The notes under the pieces are model-generated. The model searched no databases. It was not told the origin of the DNA and was given only the letters and a program-made list of their open reading frames with translations. Position numbers and translations under genes: made by a program. A stretch of 64,000 nt of DNA from Zygnema circumcarinatum SAG 698-1b (Eukaryota; Plantae; Zygnematophyceae), in contig CM074811.1 in the NCBI GenBank assembly GCA_037447605.1, positions 1,550,001-1,614,000 of the forward strand. Direction: 5' to 3'. Positions 49,509-62,171 of this stretch are shown piece by piece (the stretch's first letter is position 1; every line of letters begins with the position of its first letter).

Positions 49509-49582
49509 GGGTCTCACGATGGCGATGGGATGCCATCCTATGGACATGGACATGGATAAAATGGGAAAATGGGGAAACCACG
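49509..49582 (-). repeat. Dispersed intergenic element, copy 3, within a CATG-rich tract
   Basis: Reverse complement of the core (ctcacgatggcgatg) at 49513-49527. The flanking cgtggtttcccc...tccatg similarity extends to the other copies. Confidence 0.7.
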
Positions 49583-50012
49583 AGAAAGCATGCACGCATG
49601 CATGCTACCATGGCTCCATGAGACGCATGACTTATGCATTGCTCATGGGATGAGCCACACATGTCCGTTCGAGCCTCATCCATGAGTCCATGGCTGCATG
49701 TCATGAAGGATGCTGATGCATGGATGCATGTTGAAAGACGGGACGGCACATTGGAGGCCAAGCTCAAGGAGATAAAAAGCATGTTTCTGATAATGGTGGG
49801 GACGTCTTCGGACAAGACAAGAAGAGTGAAAGGAAAGTGCGCCAAGTTCTCTACTATCTGACTTCTAGCTACTAGGAATCAGCATACACCCCTCCCTCCT
49901 CAGCTTTGCGGATACTCAGCCCCTTGCATATGTCTACTCTAAACAGAAGCCTAATCTTGAAGACACTCCTCATGTATTGACTTCAAAAACAAAATTTTGC
50001 CCGGCAACACCC

Positions 50013-51337
50013 TTAAGGAATTGAAAAAGGCGACTTCGCTCTGATGAAGTCTTTCAGAAGGCGCTTCTCCTCGTCTATCTTCCTCTTTTCATGGAGAGAG
50101 GCAGGCTTCTCTTTTCGCTTCTCAGCCAGTATCCACTGCAAGATTTCTCTCCACTGCTCTGCTGATACAACGTTCTTACTTTCAGGGGGTCTGTGGATAG
50201 GTATTTGAGCTTCTCCTTCAGCCACAGGCGGCGCCACAATTGTGGCTTCCTCAGCAAGAGTTGCAGTGTCACTATCTGTGGAGGGCACATTGTGAACATT
50301 CACTCCATCCTCAGACTCAAGAGGTAAAGGTTGATCATCATGGTCCTTGGACTGCTGCTGTTGGCGGTGATCCTGAAGGTTAGCAGCAGTGCGCGACGCC
50401 TCCTCTTTTGCTTCCTTATTCTCTCCCCCTTCCTTGTCCTTGTGGTGACGGCGGGGTGGTGCTCTAAAGAACATGTACCCTGCACCAACTTAATGTCCAC
50501 GTCATTACAGGAAGAAAAAATGTCTACGAGTCTATCACAATCACCAAAACAAGTCGTGCTTTAATCTCACTGTGTCCAACGATACAAACTTGGAAGCAGC
50601 TAAGCAGGGGCTAATAGTGACAAACCACACCACTAGTATATCTTCATACTACTGAAGCTTTCTGAATGATTTTCATAGAAAGCTCTAAAATCTCTTATTC
50701 AAATAGCAGTGCGTAAATTGCTACACTGTACTTGATAGCTTAACATTAGTGTGCACTGCAAAGAATTACTTAGCTTTGCATATTGTGGGTGTACGACATG
50801 ACAAGCAAGACCTTGCTGCTGGAGTGAATCCTGTTGAAGACCTCATCTGGCGGTTTGAAACTACAATGACATAATCAATCAACCTCAGTCAACCTTTTGG
50901 AACAGTGCATCTGTCGGAGAGTGCCGCCACTTACCGGCCACAAGAAGGTTCACTCCAAGAAGAGCGCCATAAATGCCTCTTGCTCTATACAGAAATGGGG
51001 GTTTCGGAGATGTATAGGGCGTGCTCGAGCTGCTGGCTTTATTGTTCATGACTTTTACAGGTTCACCTTGAAGACCAAACAGGCGCACCAGTAGAACATG
51101 AGGGCACACAAATTGGCTGCGGGTGCGCATGGTGAAACATTCTAACTTGAATCTGTACTTTTAGAAAATCAAAGTACTCAGTAACAAAGCAGGTGGAACA
51201 ACCACTCCCAAAGCAGAAAATCCTGCAGCCAACCCCTAAGCATTTTTTGAGGGATTGTCGCAAGTACCGGTTCCCCGCTTCAGCCCTCTGGACTTGCGAG
51301 CAAGCAGCTTGAGGCCCGAGAGCCGCCCACCACTCAT
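50013..51337 (-). CDS. Small single-TM protein with a charged C-terminal motif (uncharacterised, plant-type)
   Basis: Exons MSGGRLSGLKLLARKSRGLKRGT|GEPVKV..IYGALLGVNLLVA|GYMFFRAPP..SAEQWREILQWILAEKRKEKPASLHEKRKIDEEKRLLKDFIRAKS. The final motif resembles an uncharacterised plant family as I recall it; unnamed. Confidence 0.75.
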
Positions 51338-52597
51338 TTTATTTACTGAGAGCTGAGTGCCAAGATCAGCGCACTACAATCCTGCACGAGAATTCCACAA
51401 GCACGGCACAGGGCCGTACTGCTGAGTGAGGTGCAGGGAAATATGACCGACCGACCGACCTTGAAGATCTTGAAGTCCCCAATTAACAATTGACTTGAGG
51501 TCTACATTCAAAAATCACCGTCTTTGTGCTCATGAAATACGACGAAGGTGGAACCAGAATCAAATTCTCTTCGTGCACCATGTATCTCTATTTTTTCAGA
51601 TTTATTTACTTATGCTTCTCATTCGGCCAGTATTAGAATGTCGAGACGCTATCAGCAAGGACTGCTTCAGGCACAAAACGTTCAAGCAAGAACATATTTA
51701 ATTCCGACCGGTCACAGGCTCACCAAGGGCACAATTAACTTGAACGGAATACCCATAGGATCAATTTGCAGAAAGAAATAATTCGAAATTTTCAATCATT
51801 AGATTTTTTATGAAATAAATTCACTAACAAGCAGTCTCACGTGCTTTCCCCAGTCTTGAAAAAGCGCCTCAAACTTCTCAAGTACCGAGATTTTCCCAAG
51901 CTTTTGTGAAATTCCAACGCGCTCGCTGGTCTTGAAGTGTATCTGCTATTCGAAGCGCTCACATTTTGAGGACAGTGCCGGGGACAAAGGCGAGTCCCGG
52001 CCAGAGGAATAGGATGCTGCGCCAGTCAGTCAGTCAGTGCTGCTGCTGCTGCTGCTGCTGCCTGCCGACCTCACGGCCCTGCAGTTCTCCGCGATGACGC
52101 CTGCCTTCCCTGCCGGCCTCCCTCCATGCTCAGCTTACTGCCAAGGCGCCCTCTCATAGACGCCAGTCCCGTCCCTAGAGAGGACCGTCCCGGGACTGTG
52201 CAAAATATCGTATCGAGACCGTACCAAGTGATATCGTATCGTAATGATATATCGAGGTGTCACGCGTGCGTGACATGACTCACATGTGTACGGACGGTAT
52301 GGTTTTCAGGTCCATCGTCGGTCCTTACACCCTAGGTCGGCCGTAGGGGTTAGGTCAGGTAGGTCGGTAGATCGGTAGGTCGGTTAGTAAGTGCCTGTAG
52401 TCCATTCGGCGCACAGCGGAGACCGTTGGCGGAACTAAATTGACTTTGCGTCTTTCGTCGTGCCACGTGGCTAGATATAATTCGTCCACGTAGGCAATCC
52501 GTTTCTCTAGCTCTGCTTTGCTGAGCGTCATGTCACGAGACGGACAAATCATGGCCTGCCACGCCATCCAGTTTTGCATACGTGTCAAAGTGTGACT

Positions 52598-52651
52598 GGC
52601 CTGATATTTTGCCATGTTGGCAAAATTGTTGACGTGTCACACCATGATTGG
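52598..52651. promoter_or_regulatory. 54-bp module, copy 4 (left CCAAT box lost)
   Basis: ggcctgatattttgccatgttggcaaaattgttgacgtgtcacaccatgattgg. Inner motifs and right GATTGG sit at the same offsets; TBCE divergent promoter. Confidence 0.55.
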
Positions 52652-52892
52652 TCGTCGCTTAAGATGGCGGGTGGGTACCGTGAAAGGCGACCCTCTCTTC
52701 CGGTGTGGCTTATGCTGCGACAGGCGCAGGCTCTCTGTCAGTTGCTGGCTGCAGGAGGAGAGGGCGAATGGTGATGGCGGGAGGCGCCATGGCGTCGGGA
52801 GCAGCAGCTGCCTGACAGGGGGCCATGGCTGCACAGGCGCCTTCCCAACGGAGAGCCCTTTTTCGGAGGGTTGTGGCGTTATAGGGCGCAGC

Positions 52893-55800
52893 ATGGCAGT
52901 GCCAGAGAGAGAGCAGCGAAGAATGGCGCCGGCAGGCAGCGGCAGCCACAGCACGTTCTCTGCAGGCCAGCGGGTGCGCGCAGCTGCAGCGGCAGAGGCC
53001 GACCGTGGGACTGTGCGCTTCTTCGGGTCACTGCCGGGGCGGCAGGGCGTGTGGGCGGGCGTGGAGTGGGACGAGCCGTCGCGAGGGCGGCATGACGGAG
53101 CCTTGGACGGCCAGCGCTTCTTCAGCTGCAGGGTTCCAGGAGCGGGATCGTTTGTCAGGCCGCACAAGATTGACGGGGGGATTTCATTGGTGGAGGCGCT
53201 GCATGCGCGATACCAAGACACCGCCAACGAAGGTATGAACTAAGTGCAATCGTTTGGGTTAATCTAACAGGATTTTTTTTTTTTTGTTTTTGACTACGGA
53301 TATGTGTAGATTTATGTATAAGTGGTTTGTCTCTCGACGTGTTTTTGCCGAGATTATTGATTGTATCAAATGTCGGAGTTATAGTAAAGAGACGGCGTAG
53401 TCTTATGAAATGCGCCAAGAAGTTTTGTTGAGAGGATAGTCTTCAGTTGACAACATTCAACTTTTCAAATTACGCTGGGAAAAGGGTGCTGTTTCATCCC
53501 CGCTGCTGCAAATGTCCAAATTCACTAGGCCTACTTGTCCTACGCACCATGAAAGCAATGCATACAAAGCGGACCTAGTAATCCTGCTGGTCAGCACTTG
53601 AGGTTTACTCTATTTATCGTAAAAGTATCCCGGTTATGCGTCTTGTAGACGCCCTTATGTGCCTGATAACCTTATTGCAGTTCATAGGCATTATTTTCTG
53701 GACCAGACTTTTCTTTCCACTCTGCAATTTGAGAAGGCTTGGCTTTGATTTAAACTGTCTTAAGTTCACGAAATAGATGAGTCATAACTCTTCCATAAAT
53801 CTTTATGACTAAAATGGCAGTACGGAGGACAGAAGTAGTAATTATGGCGGGTTTTCCATTTAAAGGTGATTCCTTTGTTTCTTACGTGTGAAGACGTCTT
53901 GAGATCTGGAACGATTCCCTGACTGCAAAGTAGCAGTTGAAATGTTAAAGCCTGTGAAACCTTCAGGCGGGCTTGGGATGATGCCTCTTTCACCCTTTTA
54001 TTTTATTCGCCAAAAAATCAGCAAGCTCTCGGATGCTACTCCACAGCACGTACAGTGTGTACTTCGATATCAGTCCCTTGCGATTCGTACAAGATTAATG
54101 CTTGAATGCTGTTTTTCAGATATGCAGGTCCGGCTTGGCAGGAAGATGATGACAGTTACCCTCGTGGGTGTCGATAAAGCGCTTAAGCGACAAGGCAAGC
54201 TGGCGCTTCTGAAATCTGCCTCTCTAGAGGACATGGGAGTGAGCTCGGCAGGGCCCCCCGGAAGTCTGAAGTCGATCATTCCAGGTGTGGACACCTTCAT
54301 AGTCACCTGTACTGTTAAGCAAGCAGACATTGGCTTTGTATTGGAAAGGTTCTTCGCAATGCGAATGAAGCAATCCAAGTCCTTTTGCTGGAAAAAGTGA
54401 TTTCGTGAATGTTCAAGTTGCATGGAATGTTTAAAATTTGGTGTACCAAAGAAACACAAGCATTCTCGAACCAAATGATTTGGAAACACGGTCTGGTGGA
54501 AGCCTACGCTTTGTATAACCCGAGTTAGTGTGCGGACGGTCGACGGAATGAACAAGTCTTTTCAATAAAATTTTCGAGGGTTATTTTTTTTTTTTTGCTC
54601 TAGTTAAGTCAACCATTGCAAAGTTTTCACCGTGTTCGTTCCTTCGCTCAACCCAAGGATTCTAAATTCTTTGAAATTGCTTGAAGTTGCATGAACTACA
54701 TCGATGTCGAAACAGAGATTGCCTACTCTCTGTAACTTTGAATCTGAACCTGACTGTTGAGAGCCACATATTGGTTTATCAAAGTATTGAATTGTCCAAA
54801 GATTTGTGCATATCTTTATCTGTGCATGTTAGTGATTGGAAGGGTATATTCTGTCAGCCAGCAAGGCACCTGAATGGCATGCTATTCCTCTGCTGTTTCT
54901 GTGCGGGATTCGTTGCAGATTTGAGAGAACTCATTTTGGCTTACAACCTCATTCCTGATTGGCTGGTAAGCCAACCAAAGTAATTGAGCTAGTCTTGCTG
55001 TCGTTTTCTCTTGGCTTTAGCTGGAATGTCTTCCTGTGAGCTTTTGTCATCCAAGAAGTGAACTTCTAATATAGTCAGAAAGCTGAGCCAATCTCCATCC
55101 TGGCAAACGGCAAGTGGAGCGCAGCTTACTGCGGGTATTGTTTGCAGGTTGTGGCTCAGCTCAAGGAAGAGCTTCCCTTACTAGAATTGCTTGATCTTTC
55201 AGGCAGTCGCTTAGCACCCATGCCCTCAACATTGCGCATGGCGGGGTTAAGGACTGTTGTGCTCAACAGCTGCACCATAAACTGGCAAGAGGTGAGCAAG
55301 CAGGATTATGCCAATTGAAAATTCTTTGAGTCTGAGACTGCATGTTGATATCATGAGTTCACTTCTTCTAACTCTGTTTGAATTGATGGCGCTCCCTGGC
55401 TTCAGGTGGTTGCAATCCAACACGCTTTGCCTGATTTGGAGGAGCTTCATTTGTGTCGAAACGATATAGCTTCTCTGGATATGCAGGTGGCACATGCTCC
55501 CCTATCTCTGCGTTTCGTGGTTTTGTTTGGTCGTTTATGAATGGAATATGCTGGCCGACTGCAATACAGCAGAACCACACGCAATTTTGGAGGATATGGA
55601 CGGGGCTCTGGCCCTTGTGAAATTGCAGAGTTGCCATTAACTGCAACTTCTTTCACAGGGTTGCAGCTCAAGGCAGGGCAAGGAGACACCTGCCCTAATA
55701 CAGGAGCTCTTTCCGCGTCTCAAGCTGTTGGATTTGGAGGAGAATAGGCTGGAGGACTGGAAAGAGATTGACTGCCTCGCATGGCTTCCGTGGTAAGAGG

Positions 55801-58800
55801 GCAAGTCACGCTGCATGCAGCACATGGGGTGGCCTAATGGACACACAGAGGAGAGGTGTCAAGTTCTGGGTACATTCGACGTGAGAGTTAGCTAGGCGAG
55901 GATGCAGTTGAGATAAGCTAATTTTTGTTCGTCGACTTTGTAAGAGCCCTTGAAGAGGTTCGACAGTTTAAATCATGTGGATTCTCGTCCTACTACAGGT
56001 AGAAGGATTGACTTCCTAAAAGTTAGCTGGATTGCTATTGTCCCAAACATGTCCAAGCGTTCCGTCGTCTTGTAAAATGTAGAGTATGCTTTTACTTAGA
56101 AGCCCTTTATGGCGGGCGAGCTGACAGAAGTTGTGCATAACTCATGAAGTTGGCAGGCTTCTTGCTTTTCGGAATTCCCAGCTCCTGTTATGATTCCCTG
56201 GAGTCTGGTATTCCTTAGTGCTCAAATGGAGAATCATTTTGTTAATGACTGTAGAGTGATGTTGCTCTCAGCACACTGAACACTTTGATTTGCAGTCTGC
56301 AGGAACTTTGGCTCAGCAACAATCTGCTGACTAGCATCCACCCATGTTCTGCGGAGGGTACAGAGGGGAGAGCCCCCTTTTCAAAGCTTCACGCTCTGCG
56401 ATTAGGTATAGAACGGATCCTTTCTCTCCCCACAATGTTATTTTTTTATAAGCCTTCTCCAGATCGCTTTTGTATTCTTCCATCTTCTGCTCACCCTTCG
56501 GGAGGTCCATGAGAACATATTTTTGACATGTTCCTTGTGCCGACTGGGAGAGCTCGACAGGAAGCAATCGTATAACAGACTGGGCATCCATAGACGCTCT
56601 CAACACCTTCCCCGCACTTGAGGTGAGTGGGCACATGGGGCTCAAGCTCTGCAAATTCGGCTTGCTGCTGTGGTATTTAGTCATGGGCTGGGAGGACGAC
56701 CGACTATCTTGCTCTTTGCAAATGGTAGGGTTGGTGTTTGTTTTTTCCCATGCCTGGTCTAGTCTCATTTGATTGAAAGTTGTCGGTCTCACGACAGGAT
56801 TTGCGCATCTCCAATAATCCGATCACTGCGAGTGCCGATGGAATCAGCATATGGTGCACACTGGTGGCGCGGGTGGCCTCAATCCGTACTCTTAATCATA
56901 GCAAGGTCCACACAAACATCATCAATCTTCCTCGGTTCATGCTCACTCCTTGTGCTCGCTGTCTTGTCCTTGCTATCATACTGTCGTGTACGTACGATAT
57001 TTTCATCCGTCATTTTGAGTACGAGATGAATTGCTTGAAGTTCAGACTGAATATTGGGTATTTTAAAGTACTTGCAGGTTGGCATTCTATGGATTCGTGG
57101 GGACTTGTTGACCTGCATTAGAGAGACCGTAGACATGGAACTTGTTTTCTCAAGTTGATGATCTTTCGATCATTCGTGAAGATATGTTCATGCAGATTGT
57201 TCTTGTTCGGAAGAGAAGAAAGACAATTAAGCCAAAGTGCATGTCTGCTGTGCCTCCCTTGTGTTTGTTCTTGGTTGTTCTCGTTCAAGCCTCTGTTTTT
57301 CCTTTGAAGGCTAATCGGAAACTAGTTGTATCATTTACAGGGAAATTTTAAATAATCAGAATGAAAGGTTTTACCTGTAAAGTGGTTTCTGTGGAGAAGT
57401 AGTAGTTGTCATTAAGTGCAAAGTAATTGTACTGAAGTCGCGAATGATATCTTGTTTCAACTTGTGCATGAAGGTCGTAGGCCACAATGTGCAAGTCTGG
57501 GCCGAATGCCACTCTGCTTGTTGGAGGCTGAATGTGGATGCGAGAGGGCGCATAGAGTGCGTAAGTGAGGCTGAGTGGCGGGTGACTTTGGGGAATGCAG
57601 GTGTCTGTGCAAGACCGTAAAAACTGTGAGATCAAGTGAGTGCTGCTCACGTTTGGCTGCACCTCGCTTATAAAAGCTGAGAAGATTTGAAATAAAAGAA
57701 GTCAAGCAGTCATTTCGTAGGATCTAAGCATTGAAGTTTACAAGTCAGCAGCGGTGAGGGGCTAAAGTTGTCTTTGTTTGTAGCATTCAGGCTTAGCCCA
57801 TCTGAAATTGAATATAGAAGAGCTTCAGCTAGTTGACGTGAGCAGAACTTCATCGTTTATGTATGTGAGGCAATTGCTTGCAACGCTAGAAGCAAGCAAA
57901 CAGATTCCATACAGGAGAGGTGGTTTGTTTTCACTGCAGCATTGGAGTCTTTGCCAGAGAGTCTTGGGATCAAGAGCATTACATAAGAAGGAGGCTACGA
58001 ACGAGCTGCAGAGGTCAAGAGTAGGAGATTAACAAAACTCGGGAAAGAGCTGCTGGGGTTTTAACTGTCTTTGCGTTACTGAACAACCGCCGACTGTGTT
58101 CAGCAAAACTCTAACTTGCTATGTCACCAAGTCTCTTAATCATCTACTAACGAGAGAGTCCGAGCATTAGAGTTCCAACCTGTTGAAATTTCTTTCGTAC
58201 AGGATGATAACATCTCGAGATGATGATGCTGAGAAGGGGATGATATTTTGCTGTTGCAGTTATGTACAGAATGTGATGCGTTCCATGCGCGGTGCGTCCG
58301 AGGCAGATGTGCTTCGCCTTCATGCTCGGTAAGCATGCTGCATTCGCCTTCGCTCTAGGGGTCTCCTTTGTAGTGCGGATGAATATGGTGAGTAGGTAGA
58401 GGACGGGTTGTTGCTTACTTTCAGGAGCTCTCGCGGGTGCAGGCATTCTCTGCTCCGTGCGAAGTATGAAATTCCCCTCGACACTGCTCAGACTGGACCT
58501 GCTTCAGCTTCAAAGGCCGGCCATGGTTTTATCAGTATCCATCCACAGCTTCTGAGCTCACAGGGTCTCAATATGAGGGCTTGGTCCTTCCAATTGATTC
58601 AATTCTCGGACGAAGGGTTTTTGCAAGAGGGAGTAGTTTCAGGAGTTTAGGGAGCCTTGACGAGTTGCAGGCATATCCCTCCTGTGTGCTGCAGAGGGGC
58701 CACAAAGGCGCCGTCAAGTGACTCGTAAGCTTCCTGCCTCCACCACGGTCAGCTCCTTCCCTCGCTGTACTTCTGCTCGTAGCTCAGAATACCCATGTTC

Positions 58801-59847
58801 TTGGGTCCACGCTGACGTGTATAATAGGCCGACGATGGAATCTGCTCTGATAAAGAATTGGGTGCACTCGCAGAAGTAAGTTAAAGATGAAAAGAAGAGT
58901 TTGTTGATAATGAGTTCTGTTCAAAACGGCAGTGGGTAACGCTGCCAGGGTCTTTCACATCCTCCCGCCAAGGACCTTGTTTGCCTGTATGGCCAGCATT
59001 CTTTGAAATCGCCAGCTAAAGGAAAGTTAGGAAAGGAGTAGTTACGGATTAAATCGTTTTTTTGTGTATTCACAGCTTAGCTATTCCTTTCATCCCTTGA
59101 TGGATACTAGCACTGATTTGGTTGTTCCATGAATCCATGATCCATTGACGGCATGAAGACTCCAACTGATCAAGGCTTGTCAACTGCAAGATGATGGATG
59201 CTTTCTCAATGCTTGCTTTCATTTTTTTTTATTTTACATATTTGGCAGCTGGTCAAGCTGAAGCTACTCTGCGAGCGGCTGTTTCAAGTGAAGTCGCAGG
59301 AACAAATACTTCTTTTAGTGGATGAGGTATTCGTTTATTACTCACCATTATCTGCCAATTACAACCTTTTTTAGGAGGTTCCTTTTGGCATATGCATGCC
59401 ATTTTCTGTACCAGTTGCAGCTGGTAGTCAAACGGATTATGATCATATTTATCATTAATGAGCATTTTCACTGTCGTTAATTCGTTTCGTGGTTAGTGGC
59501 GTTCACAAATGCCACGTGGATGGGATAAGTGTGTTTGTAGCGTAGGGCCTTTGCGTTTTTACCGCAACACCCGGTTGCATGGAAGTCTGTTCCATTGCTG
59601 AATCCTCAAAAGGAAAAAAAAATTGCACGGGCCCTTGTGCATTACGAGTGTCTTAATGATTTTTATTAACAGATTGGTTGGCTTATCGTGATTGAATGCA
59701 ATGCTTGAGGTGCAGTCCGGCATTCAAGAAGCTGTCCTTCCCACACTGTTGCTGCGAGATGCGGAGACATTGGGCGAGCTTGGCCTTCCGTCTGCTCCCA
59801 CCATTTTGGTGGCAAAGGTCCGTCCTCTCCGATCGCTCCCTCAATAA
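52893..59847 (+). CDS. TBCE: Tubulin-folding cofactor E (CAP-Gly, LRR, ubiquitin-like)
   Basis: CAP-Gly GTVRFFGSLPGRQGVWAGVEWDEPSRGRHDG..GSFVRP; LRR exons (LRELILAYNLIPDW, LELLDLSG, LEELHLCRN, LQELWLSNNLL, LRISNNPI); VSVQDRKNCEI|YVQNVM..LHAR; UBL ISLLCAAE..TRKLPASTT|LVKLKLLCERLFQV..|..TLGELGLPSAPTILV; stop at 59845-59847. Start is 52893 or 52923. Confidence 0.95.
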
Positions 59848-60827
59848 AGCACACTATGCATCTGAACGCTCCTGCCATTATAATTCCTTTCTATCAAACT
59901 GACAAGTGGAAATCGCTGCTTTGGGAGTACAGGGGGATCCAGACAGATGGCATAGTGCTTCTTCTCGGGAGCTCGTCAAATATTGGAAGACTGCGATTGC
60001 TGACATGCAGTAGGTGCGTCAGCGGGTCGTGCTTGGGATGCAATATCAATGCAGGCAAATTATAAGTGTACTCTCCATTCCTCATTTTTCTGGTGTGGGT
60101 TCGGTTCTATGTCTGCTTCCTTCAGACTGAGTGATTATCTGCTGCAAAAGGCTGCTTTCAACTGGCGTTTCCTTCCGTGGAATATCTGCACTGCATGCAG
60201 ATATCACCAAAAGCCATCTTCGTGTGTGAAGGTGGCTGTAAGAAATTGCTCTTTTCTTTTGTGCATTGCAGCAGCTGCGGTGCTCAAAAAGTCTGTGTCA
60301 GATTTGCTTCCCACCTGACTAGTGGAGGCGGAAGGTTTCGTGCAAACACTTTGTAAAGTAAACAGATGATTAGCGGAGGATGAGTTTATGTTGCATTCTT
60401 ATGTGTAACTTTATCCTGCATTAGGAAACGTTTTAATCTGACTTCTGTCAATGATGGTTGAACAAATGATGTGATTAGAATTTCGTGGTAATGAAATATT
60501 CACACAAAGGCTAGTACGTGCTACACAATTAAATTTTTTCATACTTCCAAGTTTTTTTTCATTTTAAAAGCGTCACATGTACAAACTCGACATGTGAGTA
60601 AATGACATGTGTGCCTCATTTAATTATTCACAATCTCTCTTAAAAGTATATCTGCGACCTAAATGCCTGGGCCAATTGTCCTGCCTAGGCCCCCCACTAG
60701 GTCCACGGAGCCAAACTCTCTTGACTTCCGATCTTAAAGAAAAATCAAGGACCATGGCTTTGTAACACCCTTAGTTTGCTGCCCCTTACATGGTCCCTCC
60801 AAGAAAGCCTCTCCTTATCTTGCCGCC

Positions 60828-61764
60828 TTACACGGTCCCTCCAAAAGCAGCCGATGCGGCCACTGCCAGGAGGATGAAAGCGGCGGATTGGAAGGCGCTC
60901 ACAAAGCCCGCCCCTCGGCTGCTGGCATTTGCCGGCACTGCAGACCCGTCCGTTGCGCGTGATGGGGTGTTGGGAGTCACATTGGGAATCCCATTGGCGG
61001 TGGGAGGGTCTTCGGATGGAGGAGAAGGTTCCGAGGGATCCTCCAACATAGGTGGGGCTGGAGCAGGAGCGACTGGGGGCGCAGGCGCTGCAGAGGAAAA
61101 ACAGACGTGAAAAGGGACAGATGACACAAAGGGAGGGTGGAATTAGTGCGCGAGTGATTAATCTGAATGATTATAAGCCAGTTCTATGCGCTTCAGGCAG
61201 CCAGAGTTGATGAGCATTTAAAAGAAACCCTTTTCGAACTAAAAAATCCAAACTGCGTGTTTCGGCGTTAGAACGAGCAGGTCTACGAGCTATATTGCTC
61301 GCTAAGCTACGCAAAAAAAAGATCCACAGCTTGCCTAATGCAGGAGATAGAAGCTTACGAGGGCTGGGGCACTGAGAATTTCCCGCAAGCTGGAGCTGCG
61401 TGTTGGGGATCCCACAGAGGCGCGAGGAGAGCGAGGCGAAGGTAGCGGGGGTGATGTTGTAGTACGAGTTGCTGTAGAAAGCGCAAAGGCAGAGGTTGTT
61501 GTTGGCGTTCAGCACAGAGGCGCAGCACGACACGGCCGTGATCGGGTTTGTGCTTCCCGATGTCAGATATCCTCCACATGCATTCGCCGCCGAGAGGATG
61601 ATCGAATTGCAGTCAGGTGAGTCGGGAGGGGGGGGGGGAGCGGTGGGGCTGACGGGCTGATTGGGAACCTGTGTGTTAGGCAGGAACTGCGCAGCAGACG
61701 GCGCAGAGAGCGCCAGAAGTGCCGCGCACACTAAGGAGAGAATGGCTGCGGCCTTGCACGCCAT
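60828..61764 (-). CDS. Secreted 8-cysteine-motif nsLTP-like protein with Pro-rich/AGP-like regions and probable GPI signal (LTPG/xylogen-like), copy A
   Basis: Signal peptide MACKAAAILSLVCAALLALSAPSAA; C-X10-C-X16-CC-X10-CLC-X22-C-X14-C; exons 61764-61359 and 61087-60828; Pro/Ala-rich linker and hydrophobic tail (ASSRGAGFVSAFQSAAFILLAVAASAAFGGTV*). Confidence 0.9.
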
Positions 61765-62171
61765 GGCTGCGTCGTGAGAGCAAAAGGCGGAGGAGCGGTG
61801 CAAGCAGCTGCTAGATCGCCGGCGCTGTGCAGTTCAGGCTGTTGTGGACTCTGCCAAAAGCGGTCGAAGCGCGCGCCATTTAACTGCCACTGCGCGCCGA
61901 AAATTTGAATGTCTCGCGAGGCGCGGCGGCCCCGCCGAGGCGGCGAGTGACTGCGACAGCGCGCCGTGGGCGGCGCCGCTCGCCCGCTCTCCGGAGGAGG
62001 CAGAGACGGAGGAGGATCTGACGGGCCTCTGCCGCCGCCCCATATCATGGGGGCTTCGGAGAGAGCAGGAAAAGCAAGCAGAGACGAGGCTAATCAATCA
62101 GCTCAAGTTTGCATCTGTCTACGTAGAGGACTTGAAGTGCTTAATCGCAGAGCTACCAGTGCTTAGCAGCC

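Noticed and set aside
50800-50870. Candidate extra exon in the single-TM gene
   Set aside because: The flanking exons already join directly into a continuous TM helix (LLVA|GYMFF).
57348-58032. ORFs within TBCE introns (57348..57662 -, 57808..58032 +)
   Set aside because: TBCE is fully explained by exons at ~57600-57635 and ~58261-58328; these ORFs have no recognisable family signal.
60784-60845. ~19-bp direct repeat around the LTP copy A stop codon
   Set aside because: A short local duplication into the 3' UTR with no evident significance.
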